A stretch of 64,000 nucleotides of DNA from an uncultured Bacteroidota bacterium (GTDB lineage: Bacteria; Bacteroidota; Rhodothermia; Balneolales; HLUCCA01). The stretch spans positions 22,040-86,039 of the forward strand of contig CAMTWZ010000009.1 of assembly GCA_947085565.1 (NCBI GenBank), read 5' to 3'. Below the pieces are notes generated by a model. It searched no databases, was not told where the DNA came from, and saw only the letters and a program-made list of their open reading frames with translations. Positions 25,571 to 34,520 of the stretch are shown piece by piece; position 1 is the first letter of the stretch, and each line of letters opens with the position of its first letter. The position numbers and the translations under genes are program-made.

Positions 25571-26764
25571 TTATTTCTCGGTCAGGCAGTCGATACCCGG
25601 CAAGGATTTACCTTCCAGATATTCCAGCGATGCGCCGCCGCCTGTGGAGACGTGCGTCACTTCCGAGTCCAATCCGGCTTTCTTGATTGCCGCGGCCGAG
25701 TCTCCCCCACCGATGATGGTGATGGCGCCTTTTTTCGTGGCATCGGCCAAGGCTTGGGCCACGGAGAAGGTTCCGTTGGCGAAGTTATCCATTTCAAAGA
25801 CACCCATAGGACCGTTCCAGACCACAGTACCCGCCGCGCGGATGGTTTCCCCGTAGAGGGCGACGGTTTTCGGACCGATGTCGAGCGCCATCCAGCCGTC
25901 TTCAATGCCGTCTTTGTCCACGGTTTTGAAAGGCGCGTCGTTGTTGAACTCCTGCGAGACGGTGGAATCCACCGGAAGAAGGAAATTCACACCCTTGGCT
26001 TTCGCTTTATCCATGATTTCGCTGGCCAAATCCACCTTGTCGGCTTCCAGCAATGATTTTCCGATCGGAAGGCCGAGCGCCTTATAGAACGTATAGGTCA
26101 TACCGCCACCCACGATGATGGTGTCGACTTTGTCGATGAGGTTCTCAATCACGGGTATCTTATCGGAGACTTTCGCCCCGCCCAGGATGGCCACGAACGG
26201 ACGTTTCGGATTGTGGATGGAATCGCTCAGATAGCGGATCTCTTTATCGAGCAGGAATCCGGCCGCAGCGGGTTGCAGGAAGTCGGTGATGCCGGCCACA
26301 GAGCTATGGGCGCGGTGCGACGATCCGAACGCGTCGTTCACGAACAAATCGCCCAATTCGGCGAGTTTCTTAGAAAATTCGGGGTTGTTTTTGGTCTCTT
26401 CCGGATAGAAGCGGACATTCTCCATCACCACGATCTCGCCTGGTTTGGCTGCGTCGATAGCGGCTTTGGCCACATCACCTACGCAATCGGTGGCGAAGTG
26501 CACTTTCGCGGACACTTTCGTGGCGAGATAATCGGCCACAGGCTTGAGCGAGTATTCGATATCGGCGGCGGTTTTCGGCCGCCCGAAATGACTCAGCAGA
26601 ATGAGAGTTCCGCCATTCTCGAGAACATAGTTGATGCTTGGGAGAGCTTCGGTGATGCGGTTGTCGTCTGTGATGATTCCGTTCTCCATGGGAACGTTGA
26701 AATCGACGCGCATGACCACGCGTTTGCCGCTGAGATCCAGATCGGTGATGGTGAGTTTAGCCAT
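25571..26764 (-). CDS. pgk: phosphoglycerate kinase
   Basis: RVDFNVP, SHFGRPK, AILGGAKVSDKI, GGGDSAAA, GGGASLEYLEGK. The ATG at 26764 (MAKLTITDLDL) is preferred over the track start at 26854. Confidence 0.95.
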   Translation of the reverse strand: MAKLTITDLDLSGKRVVMRVDFNVPMENGIITDDNRITEALPSINYVLENGGTLILLSHFGRPKTAADIEYSLKPVADYLATKVSAKVHFATDCVGDVAKAAIDAAKPGEIVVMENVRFYPEETKNNPEFSKKLAELGDLFVNDAFGSSHRAHSSVAGITDFLQPAAAGFLLDKEIRYLSDSIHNPKRPFVAILGGAKVSDKIPVIENLIDKVDTIIVGGGMTYTFYKALGLPIGKSLLEADKVDLASEIMDKAKAKGVNFLLPVDSTVSQEFNNDAPFKTVDKDGIEDGWMALDIGPKTVALYGETIRAAGTVVWNGPMGVFEMDNFANGTFSVAQALADATKKGAITIIGGGDSAAAIKKAGLDSEVTHVSTGGGASLEYLEGKSLPGIDCLTEK

Positions 26765-26846
26765 AGGTACCCTTAGAATTCTAACATGATGATGTGGAGC
26801 GTAAGATACCAAATGATGGAATCCCAAAATGCCCTTACATTCAGCG

Positions 26847-28010
26847 ATGCACACCGTTTATCTTGACAATGCCGCGACAACGCCTCTTGATCCTCGGGTC
26901 TTGGAGGCGATGCGGCCTTACCTGACCGACTTTTTCGGCAATGCCGCGTCCATCCATTCCATGGGACGCCAGTCCAATGTGGCCGTGGAAGAAAGCCGCG
27001 AGAAAATCGCCCACATCTTAGGCGCCCAGCCCGCCGAAATCATCTTCACCAGCGGTGGAACCGAAAGCGACAACGCCGTGATCAAAGGCGTGATCAAAGC
27101 CACAGGTAAATCGCATGTGGTCACCTCCAAAGTGGAACATCATGCCGTTCTGCATCCGCTTCAATACGGACGAAAAGACGGAATCAAAGCCACGTTTCTG
27201 GATGTGAAGCCGCTCGGACATGTGACCGCCGAAAAAGTGGAAGCCGCCATCACCGAAGACACCGCCTTGGTGACCCTGATGCACGCCAACAACGAAATCG
27301 GTTCGATCAACCCGCTCAAAGAGATCTCGGAAGTCTGCCGTCGGAAAGGCGTCCCCCTGCATTCCGACACGGTGCAAAGCGCCGGAAAATTGCCGATCCA
27401 TGTTGATGAACTCGGACTCGATTTCCTTTCCATCTCCGCACACAAGATTTATGGTCCGAAGGGCGTCGGCTTGCTCTACGCCCGCGCTGGAGCGCCGTTT
27501 TCAGCATGGATGGAAGGCGGATCGCAGGAACGCCGACGTCGTGGCGGCACATTGAACGTAGCTGGAATCGTAGGCATGGCGAAAGCCTTGGAACTCGCCG
27601 ATGCGGAAATGGAAGCCAACAAAGCGCATATTTCCGCTCTCAAAGCCAGATTGCTAGCCGGCTTGCGCGATAAATTCGCCGGGCTCATCACCTTCAACGG
27701 CGATGTCGACAACGGCATCTACAACATCGTGAACTGCTCCTTCCCTCTCGATGAAGAGGAATCTCTGGATGGGGAAATGCTGCTGTTGAATCTGGACATC
27801 GAGGGCATCTGCTGCAGCAACGGATCGGCCTGCAGCTCAGGCGCCGTGGAGCCCTCTCACGTGCTTTTGGCATTGGGGATGGTGACGCCGACGGCGAAAT
27901 CCAGCCTGCGATTCAGCATCGGCAAATCCAATACTCTTGAAGAGATCGATTACACCATCGAAAAACTCGACATGGTGGTTCATCGCATGTTGAAAACCCA
28001 CAAGGCATGA
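26847..28010 (+). CDS. cysteine desulfurase (NifS/IscS family, PLP-dependent)
   Basis: YLDNAATTP, SGGTESDN, PLP lysine context SISAHKIYGPKG, catalytic loop SNGSACSSG. Alternative ATG at 26829. Confidence 0.88.
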   Translation: MHTVYLDNAATTPLDPRVLEAMRPYLTDFFGNAASIHSMGRQSNVAVEESREKIAHILGAQPAEIIFTSGGTESDNAVIKGVIKATGKSHVVTSKVEHHAVLHPLQYGRKDGIKATFLDVKPLGHVTAEKVEAAITEDTALVTLMHANNEIGSINPLKEISEVCRRKGVPLHSDTVQSAGKLPIHVDELGLDFLSISAHKIYGPKGVGLLYARAGAPFSAWMEGGSQERRRRGGTLNVAGIVGMAKALELADAEMEANKAHISALKARLLAGLRDKFAGLITFNGDVDNGIYNIVNCSFPLDEEESLDGEMLLLNLDIEGICCSNGSACSSGAVEPSHVLLALGMVTPTAKSSLRFSIGKSNTLEEIDYTIEKLDMVVHRMLKTHKA

Positions 28011-28564
28011 AGCGGATTTGCGTGTTTTGCGGCTCTGCCGAAGGGAACGACCCAGCCATATTGGATGAAGCGCGCACCCTGGGTCGATTGTTGGCGGAAA
28101 ACCAGATTGGACTCGTGTACGGCGGCGCCGGAATCGGCGTGATGGGAGCCTTGGCCAACGCCTGTCTTGATGCCGGCGGAGACGTCACCGGCGTGATTCC
28201 GAGAACGCTGATGCGCAAAGAAGTGGCCCATCGCGGACTCACCAAACTGCTCGTCGTCGAAGACATGCATCAGCGCAAAGCCCTCATGGCTGATCTGAGT
28301 AATGCCTTCATCGCCCTTCCGGGCGGGTTCGGCACGTTCGAGGAAATCTTCGAAATGGTGACCTGGCGCCAGATCCGCATCCATGAAAAACCTCTGATGC
28401 TCGTGAACACGAACGGTTTTTATGACGGATTGGATGCCTTCATCCGTCATTCCGTCGCCAAGGGGTTCATCCGCGATCCCAATCTCGAGCTCTTGCCGAT
28501 GACGGATGATTCGCGACAGGCATTGACGTTGCTTGGCTCAGGGTCTTCACATTTAAAATTTTAA
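28007..28564 (+). CDS. LOG family protein (TIGR00730, nucleotide 5'-monophosphate nucleosidase)
   Basis: ICVFCGS, GLVYGGAGIGVMG, PGGFGTFEEIFE. Confidence 0.88.
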   Translation: MKRICVFCGSAEGNDPAILDEARTLGRLLAENQIGLVYGGAGIGVMGALANACLDAGGDVTGVIPRTLMRKEVAHRGLTKLLVVEDMHQRKALMADLSNAFIALPGGFGTFEEIFEMVTWRQIRIHEKPLMLVNTNGFYDGLDAFIRHSVAKGFIRDPNLELLPMTDDSRQALTLLGSGSSHLKF

Positions 28565-28577
28565 ATTTAAAATCTAA

Positions 28578-29039
28578 ATGAAGACCATATTGCGAAGGTT
28601 CCAATCCAGGCCACTTGTCTCTTGTCTCTTAATCCTATTTCTGCTAAGCTGTGGCAAAGGGAGCGAGATCATGAACCATTTGCCTGCAAATCCATTGCCT
28701 GAATGTGAATCCGCGGGAAATTGCGCCCGAATGAGCGTGGCATTGAATGTCGGAGCGCATGAGGCCGCCCAGATGATATCGGATGTGGTCAGAGACATGC
28801 GAGGAGAACTTCGCAGCGCGGATTCGATGAGCGGTGAAGCCGTGTTCCGCATCCCTGTTTTCGGATGGAGGGATGATGTGCGTTTTCTTACCGAGCCCCT
28901 GCCGGATGGAGGTTCCGTTCTGCATCTGAGAAGCGAATCGCGCAAGGGTCGGTTCGACATCGGAGTGAACCGGCACAGGTTGAAGCGGATGGTTCGGTTA
29001 TTGGGATATCAGATCAAGGAGTCGAATGCCACTTCTTGA
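28578..29039 (+). CDS. DUF1499-like lipoprotein
   Basis: Lipobox LLSCG, ECESAGNCA, FGWRDDVRF, SESRKGRFDIGVNRHRLKRM. This resembles DUF1499. Confidence 0.55.
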   Translation: MKTILRRFQSRPLVSCLLILFLLSCGKGSEIMNHLPANPLPECESAGNCARMSVALNVGAHEAAQMISDVVRDMRGELRSADSMSGEAVFRIPVFGWRDDVRFLTEPLPDGGSVLHLRSESRKGRFDIGVNRHRLKRMVRLLGYQIKESNATS

Positions 29040-29739
29040 CGTATTGGCGATTGCGGCGCATCCGGATGATGTGGAATTATGCGCCGGCGGCACTCTCATC
29101 GCATTGGCTAAAAAAGGTCTCAAAACCGGAATCTTCGACCTTACGCGCGGAGAAAAAGGAACCCGTGGCGACGCCGAAACCCGGTTGGCCGAAGCATGCA
29201 CCGCTGCCGAGATCATGGGACTCACGTGGCGTGGGAATGCGGGATTGCCGGATAACGGCCTGACCAACACCCCCGAGCATCGCGATGCGATCATCCGCGT
29301 GGTGCGTGAAACGCGTCCCAAGATCATTTTCATCAATGCTCCCTCCGACCGGCATCCTGATCACGGCAACGCCGCGGTGCTGACACTCGACGCACTTTTC
29401 TACAGTGGACTGGCCAAAGTGGAAACGGGTCAGGAACCCTGGCGCCCCAAACACATCTTCCATTACATGCAAGACCGTCCGGTGTTCGAACCCACTGTGG
29501 TGATGGACATCAGCGACGTGGTGGAGCTCAAGAAAAAAGCGATTCTGGCGTACAAGACGCAATTCATGGCTGAAGAGGGTGATGGCCCGCAGACGCACAT
29601 CTCCACGGCCAGATTCTACAAATTCATCGAAGGGCGCTCACGCCACTACGGACACATGATCGGCGTCGAATTCGGCGAACCGTTTCTGCATGTGGGCGGT
29701 CCACTGCCGATGGAGTGCAGCCTATTTCATCAGCAGTAG
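29026..29739 (+). CDS. bshB1: PIG-L/LmbE family deacetylase, bacillithiol biosynthesis BshB1-like
   Basis: VLAIAAHPDDVELCAGGT, FDLTRGEKGTRG, HPDH. Overlaps the upstream gene by 14 nt. Confidence 0.75.
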   Translation: MPLLDVLAIAAHPDDVELCAGGTLIALAKKGLKTGIFDLTRGEKGTRGDAETRLAEACTAAEIMGLTWRGNAGLPDNGLTNTPEHRDAIIRVVRETRPKIIFINAPSDRHPDHGNAAVLTLDALFYSGLAKVETGQEPWRPKHIFHYMQDRPVFEPTVVMDISDVVELKKKAILAYKTQFMAEEGDGPQTHISTARFYKFIEGRSRHYGHMIGVEFGEPFLHVGGPLPMECSLFHQQ

Positions 29740-30387
29740 TTTTCTGCTGATTCGTTGTCCGCCGGTCTCCAGTACATACATGTAGATCCCGCTCGGGAGT
29801 GCGGAGGCCTCGAAGGTGACGCTGTGCTCCCCTGCCGGGCGCATCCCATCCAAAAGAACCGCGACTTCACGGCCTGTCATGTCGACCACGGTCAAACGGA
29901 CCTGTAGGGACGCAAAATCTTGCGTCCCTACGTTGAACCGGATCACCGTATTTGGATTGAATGGATTCGGGAAATTCTGATCTAACCGCATCGTCAACGG
30001 ACGATCCGGCCGATCGATGCTGGTCGGGGTTTCGTGCGCGCCCTCGTTGATCCACGCCCGAATGAGGTCGATTTGTTGTGTGGTGAGCGAGCCTCCTTGC
30101 GGCATCCGTGAGCCGAATTGCGGATTGGCCAACAACTTGTCAAACAAAGGACTTGCCGCCGCATTGCCCGGGGTCACGATCTTCTTGCCGTACAGATCGC
30201 CTACGCTAGCCATGGTGGCTGAATACGAATTCAAGTTCACACCGGAGATGCCTCCATGGCAACTGGTGCACCGTGAATTGAAAATCGGCTGGATTTGCGT
30301 GGAATACGCGATTTGGGCGTTCGCCAAGGTTGGCAGACAAACGATCATGGATAGAACAATCCATCGTAGCTGAGTTTTCATGATCAC
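29722..30387 (-). CDS. secreted PSCyt1-like (CxxCH) protein with a T9SS C-terminal sorting domain
   Basis: Signal peptide, IQPIFNSRCTSCHGG haem-binding-type motif, and a C-terminal Por-secretion tail (LDQNFPNPFNPNTVIRFNV ... SGIYMYVLETGGQRISRKLLLMK). Confidence 0.7.
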   Translation of the reverse strand: MIMKTQLRWIVLSMIVCLPTLANAQIAYSTQIQPIFNSRCTSCHGGISGVNLNSYSATMASVGDLYGKKIVTPGNAAASPLFDKLLANPQFGSRMPQGGSLTTQQIDLIRAWINEGAHETPTSIDRPDRPLTMRLDQNFPNPFNPNTVIRFNVGTQDFASLQVRLTVVDMTGREVAVLLDGMRPAGEHSVTFEASALPSGIYMYVLETGGQRISRKLLLMK

Positions 30388-31496
30388 ACCTTCAAAATGA
30401 TATTCTTCTTATACATCCAGTTCAGAATCAGGTACCAGACGAACACCCACACCACGCTGTAAGCCAGCGAGGCGTCGATGGTGGGCAACCACGATTCGAA
30501 GCCGTTCACAAAGATCCAGCGCTGAAGGCTGATGTCTCCGATCTTGATGAATCCGAAGGTTTTGGCGATGATGCCGCTCATGAAAAACACGGTGATCGCA
30601 TTCACTCCGTACACCACGAAGGGCTTGGTCCAGCCGGATTTCCCCTTCACATCGATGAACCAGTAGCACAGTCCGAGGGCGAGCATGGCCTGGCCGCCGG
30701 TGAACACGGCATAAGAGCTGGTCCACAATGATTTGTTCAGAGGGAACATCCAGCTCCAAAGATATCCGATGCTGAGCAGGATGAAGCCGGTGACCATCAT
30801 TTCCGCGGTTTTGCGCTCTTCGGTGGCATCCTGTCGCAGGATGCGCGCCGCCCACACTCCCATCAGCGTGGTGGAAATGGCGGGGATGGTGCTGAAAAGT
30901 CCTTCCGGATCCCACTGCCGACCGGCGCCGGCCCACAGATGCGTTCCGAACACCGCGCGGTCGATGATCGCGGCAAGGTTGTCGATCTTGTCGTCGAAGT
31001 TTCCATACCAGGCCATGGCTCCCCAATAGCCCAGCAACAAGCTCCACATCACGATCATCTGCGTTCTGGGCTTGGTGTACAGAAACAGCAGCGTCACTGC
31101 GAAATAACAGATGGCGATGCGTTGCAACACGCCCATGATGCGCAAATTGTAGATTCCGTTGCGGATCCATGCGAATTCGGGATCCCACTGGATGATGGGA
31201 TACGCGGCCATGAACAACCCCAAGCCGAACAGGGTCAGCGCCCGTTTGCTGGATTTCCACACCAGCGGACCCCGATCCACCCCGTTCGCCACCGCGCTGC
31301 TGAAGGCGTAGGCGATGGCCACCCCCACGATGAACAGGAAGAACGGGAAGATGAGGTCGGTGGGCGTCCATCCATGCCAAGCGGCATGCTTGAAGGGGCC
31401 GTACATCGCACCCCAAGTGCCAGGATTGTTGACCAGGATCATCCCGACGATGGTGATCCCGCGAAAGGTGTCTAAGGAAATCAGTCGCTTGTTCAT
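30384..31496 (-). CDS. DUF5009/DUF1624 membrane acyltransferase (heparan-alpha-glucosaminide N-acetyltransferase-like)
   Basis: RLISLDTFRGITIVGMILVNNPGTW, TPTDLIFPFFLFIVG. About 10 TM helices. Confidence 0.75.
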   Translation of the reverse strand: MNKRLISLDTFRGITIVGMILVNNPGTWGAMYGPFKHAAWHGWTPTDLIFPFFLFIVGVAIAYAFSSAVANGVDRGPLVWKSSKRALTLFGLGLFMAAYPIIQWDPEFAWIRNGIYNLRIMGVLQRIAICYFAVTLLFLYTKPRTQMIVMWSLLLGYWGAMAWYGNFDDKIDNLAAIIDRAVFGTHLWAGAGRQWDPEGLFSTIPAISTTLMGVWAARILRQDATEERKTAEMMVTGFILLSIGYLWSWMFPLNKSLWTSSYAVFTGGQAMLALGLCYWFIDVKGKSGWTKPFVVYGVNAITVFFMSGIIAKTFGFIKIGDISLQRWIFVNGFESWLPTIDASLAYSVVWVFVWYLILNWMYKKNIILKV

Positions 31497-31516
31497 GGCA
31501 TTACTTCATCTTTTCA

Positions 31517-33199
31517 TCAAGGCTCAAAAACCGGATACGTCCACGGATTCCCGAGCATGCCCGGGCTCGCGGCCTGATACACGCCAGGTATGGCGACATT
31601 GACTCTGAATCTCTGACTTCTGGGTTTGGGGAGCAGAATCGATCCATCGGTTTGCTTGGCAAATACGGGTTCATCCGTCACCCAAAAGGTATGGAAGAAG
31701 GAGCTTAAACGGGCAAGTCGGATATCGGAGATGCCACGGCTCGAAAACTCGGTCAAAGCGAGATGCCCTTGGCGGATATTGCCTGTTTTCAGGTCGATCT
31801 CGTAGATGCGGTCGAAGGTGGTGAGCCATCGTTCACGAGGGCGTTCCGTGTCGGTGATGACCAAAGTGAGCATCGATGCATTCGCATTTCGGGACAACGA
31901 ATACCGGAAACGAAGGGAATCGCCCCTGGCTTCCAAACTCCATGTGCCTTGCGGAAATTTCACGATTTCGCCAGATTTGACCGTCACTTTGGTGATCGGT
32001 GAACCTCGAAGTTCCATCCAATCTTTCCGGTTCTTCTCCCAATACGGCTTGAGGTCGCGGATGAAGGCCCTTTCGAAATCATTCGTCCCTACTGGAAGCT
32101 CACCGAGTTTTGCGAACGCCGAATCGACCGCGGCGCTATCCATGGCCGCGCCTGGGGCGTAGATTCCCGAAAAAAGATGGTCTTCCCACCCTGCCGCCGC
32201 ATAGAGTTCGATGAAGGGACGGATACTGAGCGCGGTTTCCGGGGTGAACAACGAGTGGATCGCATGTTCCAAGGCCACGGTAGGATTGTACGACTTGGGC
32301 GAATTCGCATATTCGGCCACCGTATGCAGCGGAATCATGCTCAGATAAACCGATTCCATCGGATTCGCGAAGAATCCGGATACGATTTTCGGCAATTCGG
32401 GAGCACGACCCTGCAATGAGCCGATCAGCGGACGCCAGGTCTCGAAATCATTCACCGGAAAATTATCCCATAAGTACAACTCCCCTTTCAGCTTCAATCG
32501 CTTGATCCTGGCTTCGGAGACGCGGATGCTGGATGGGGCCACATCCCGACCTGTCCAAAACAACGGAATCTCCGGACCGATGCCACGGCTGAGAGTTTCG
32601 ACATACTCCTGATCGCCCCAGGCATCGGTGTAGGTCGTGGGACACACCATCAGATCGACGCCATCTCGGATGGAGTTCACCAGATGGATGTGCGCTTCGG
32701 CAAGTGAGGAAAAAGCGGCGATGTCGGCCGGATGACTCAATTGCTCGGGCACGTCGTCCAGAAACAGAGCCACTTCATCAAAGCCGATGGACATCATGGT
32801 GCTGAGTTTGTCGCGCAGGATCTCCACATCGGTGGAATCGCTGTATCGGATGTTCAACCCGGGGCTGATCGCGAAAACCAGTTTGATTCCGGCCTCATCC
32901 GCAACCGATACCAATTCTTTGAACTGTTGGCGCATCGCGTAGGGGTAGCGTTCGCGCCAGCGGGATCGGTGATACGGGTCGTCTTTCGGGGCATAGACAT
33001 AATGGGTGTACCCGGATTGACCCATGAACCGGATCATGTCGAGGCGGGCTTCGTGGGTCCAGGGTTTGCCATAGAACCCTTCCAGCACTCCGATTTTCTT
33101 GAAGGCAGGGTCTGGTGCCGAGCATGATGCCGTAAGCATCATGAGGGCGAGGAGGATCAGGCCTCCAATCGATCCGGATGGACGTCTTCGATCACACAT
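31517..33199 (-). CDS. GH84 family beta-N-acetylglucosaminidase (O-GlcNAcase/NagJ-like) lipoprotein
   Basis: GVLEGFYGKPWTHEARLDMIRFMGQSGYTHYVYAPKDDPYHR, FAISPG, ALFLDDVP, YLWDNFPVND. Lipoprotein signal MCDRRRPSGSIGGLILLALMMLTASC. The start overlaps the 3' end of the IMPase gene by 43 nt. Confidence 0.8.
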   Translation of the reverse strand: MCDRRRPSGSIGGLILLALMMLTASCSAPDPAFKKIGVLEGFYGKPWTHEARLDMIRFMGQSGYTHYVYAPKDDPYHRSRWRERYPYAMRQQFKELVSVADEAGIKLVFAISPGLNIRYSDSTDVEILRDKLSTMMSIGFDEVALFLDDVPEQLSHPADIAAFSSLAEAHIHLVNSIRDGVDLMVCPTTYTDAWGDQEYVETLSRGIGPEIPLFWTGRDVAPSSIRVSEARIKRLKLKGELYLWDNFPVNDFETWRPLIGSLQGRAPELPKIVSGFFANPMESVYLSMIPLHTVAEYANSPKSYNPTVALEHAIHSLFTPETALSIRPFIELYAAAGWEDHLFSGIYAPGAAMDSAAVDSAFAKLGELPVGTNDFERAFIRDLKPYWEKNRKDWMELRGSPITKVTVKSGEIVKFPQGTWSLEARGDSLRFRYSLSRNANASMLTLVITDTERPRERWLTTFDRIYEIDLKTGNIRQGHLALTEFSSRGISDIRLARLSSFFHTFWVTDEPVFAKQTDGSILLPKPRSQRFRVNVAIPGVYQAASPGMLGNPWTYPVFEP

Positions 33200-33978
33200 T
33201 TGCTAAGATACTCGTGAATGGAGGAATTCGCGGCAATGATGCGTTTTCCATGTAACCAATTCTCTCCTGAGGTCCAGTCTGTCACTGTTCCTCCCGCTTC
33301 TCTGACGATCAGCCCGCCAGCGGCCACATCCCATGGGGCAAGTCCGTATTCGAAAAATCCATCGTAACGCCCGGCGGCTACATAACACAGATCCAGACTG
33401 GCGCTTCCGGGTCGGCGAACGCCTTGGGTTTCTCGCATGAACCGTCGGAAAAGCAGCATGTAATCTTCGAGCAAGCCAAGATCCCGATACGGGAATCCGG
33501 TTCCCAACAGCGCCATTTCTGGTTCACGGATCGTGGAAACACGGATCGGATTGCCGTTGAGCCAGGCGCCTTCGCCAGAAACCGCGGTGAACGTCTCGCC
33601 CAAAGCGGGAGCGTGAACCACCGCCACTTGGGGCTGATGGTTTTCCCAAAGGGCGATGGAAATGGCATAAAAAGGCACCCCATGGGCGAAATTGGTGGTT
33701 CCGTCGATGGGATCGATGATCCAGGTACGTGGACCGTGGGTCGTAGACCGTAGGTCGTGTGAGTCAGAAACGCCTTCTTCACCCAGAATCTGATCATCAG
33801 GGAAGGCGGCGCGGAGCACAGCGACAATGGCGGATTCGGAAGCGGTGTCGGCCCGGGTCACCAGATCATGCAATCCTTTGTGGCGGATCTGCAGCCCATC
33901 GCCATCAGAAAGAATCGAGGCGATGGTGGTAGCGCCAGCTTCCGCGGCGTTCAAGGCGATGGTCAGGTCGGGATGCAA
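33157..33978 (-). CDS. inositol monophosphatase family protein (SuhB-like)
   Basis: WIIDPIDGTTNFAHG, GSASLDLCYVAAGRYDGFFE, WDVAAG. Contains a heptanucleotide array at 33729-33763. Confidence 0.88.
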   Translation of the reverse strand: MHPDLTIALNAAEAGATTIASILSDGDGLQIRHKGLHDLVTRADTASESAIVAVLRAAFPDDQILGEEGVSDSHDLRSTTHGPRTWIIDPIDGTTNFAHGVPFYAISIALWENHQPQVAVVHAPALGETFTAVSGEGAWLNGNPIRVSTIREPEMALLGTGFPYRDLGLLEDYMLLFRRFMRETQGVRRPGSASLDLCYVAAGRYDGFFEYGLAPWDVAAGGLIVREAGGTVTDWTSGENWLHGKRIIAANSSIHEYLSKCVIEDVHPDRLEA

Positions 33979-34153
33979 AATGGAGCGATGTGCGTGGTGC
34001 GTTGCGAGTAGCGCGAGGTGAAGACCCCTTAAAATAGGAAATCCTTTCCTATCAACGTTCTACGGTCATCGATCCGCTTCCGCGCTCTTGCTTCTTGTTT
34101 CGATAAATGCTTAATTCACTGAGTCTTGCTACCAAACCTATAATAATCTTCCT

Positions 34154-34519
34154 ATGAGCACCGTATTGACGTATACACACCCAGAAAAAGGCACCCTGAC
34201 CATTCCGGCGGGAGTCGCCTATGTCCCCTTCGCACTTCAAACCTTCGGTTTAGGCTTTCTTTGGCTCGCATATAAACGAGTGTGGGATCTCGCCGGTCTT
34301 TATCTGTTCATCACTCTCACCTTGAACGCCACCATCCTGTTCACCATCAATGGAATCAGCTTGGATTGGTTTCAGTTGAGCAAAGGGTTCGTTTTGGGAT
34401 CGACCTTCCTGAATACGATCCAACTCGGTCTGCTTCTGTATTCGTGGCTAACCATCGGTTTCCAAGGCAACCGTTGGGTGGAAAGCCGTCTCAAAGCAGA
34501 AGGCTACAACAAGCAATAA
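34154..34519 (+). CDS. DUF2628-like small membrane protein
   Basis: 121 aa, 3 hydrophobic helices. GLGFLWLAYKRVW and the C-terminal GNRWVESRLKAEGY resemble DUF2628. Confidence 0.5.
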   Translation: MSTVLTYTHPEKGTLTIPAGVAYVPFALQTFGLGFLWLAYKRVWDLAGLYLFITLTLNATILFTINGISLDWFQLSKGFVLGSTFLNTIQLGLLLYSWLTIGFQGNRWVESRLKAEGYNKQ

Positions 34520-34520
34520 G

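Noticed and set aside
30409-31416. 335-aa ORF on the same strand but in another frame inside the DUF5009 acyltransferase gene
   Set aside because: The translation is Arg/His/Gly/Pro-rich low complexity with no motif. The overlapping 370-aa frame gives a coherent multi-TM protein with a family signature. This is a typical shadow ORF in GC-rich coding sequence.
34034-34052. Palindrome ataggaaa-tcc-tttcctat in the IMPase / DUF2628 divergent spacer
   Set aside because: The arms are 8 bp, there is a single copy, and I see no partner site or known operator consensus. It cannot be distinguished from chance without comparative data.
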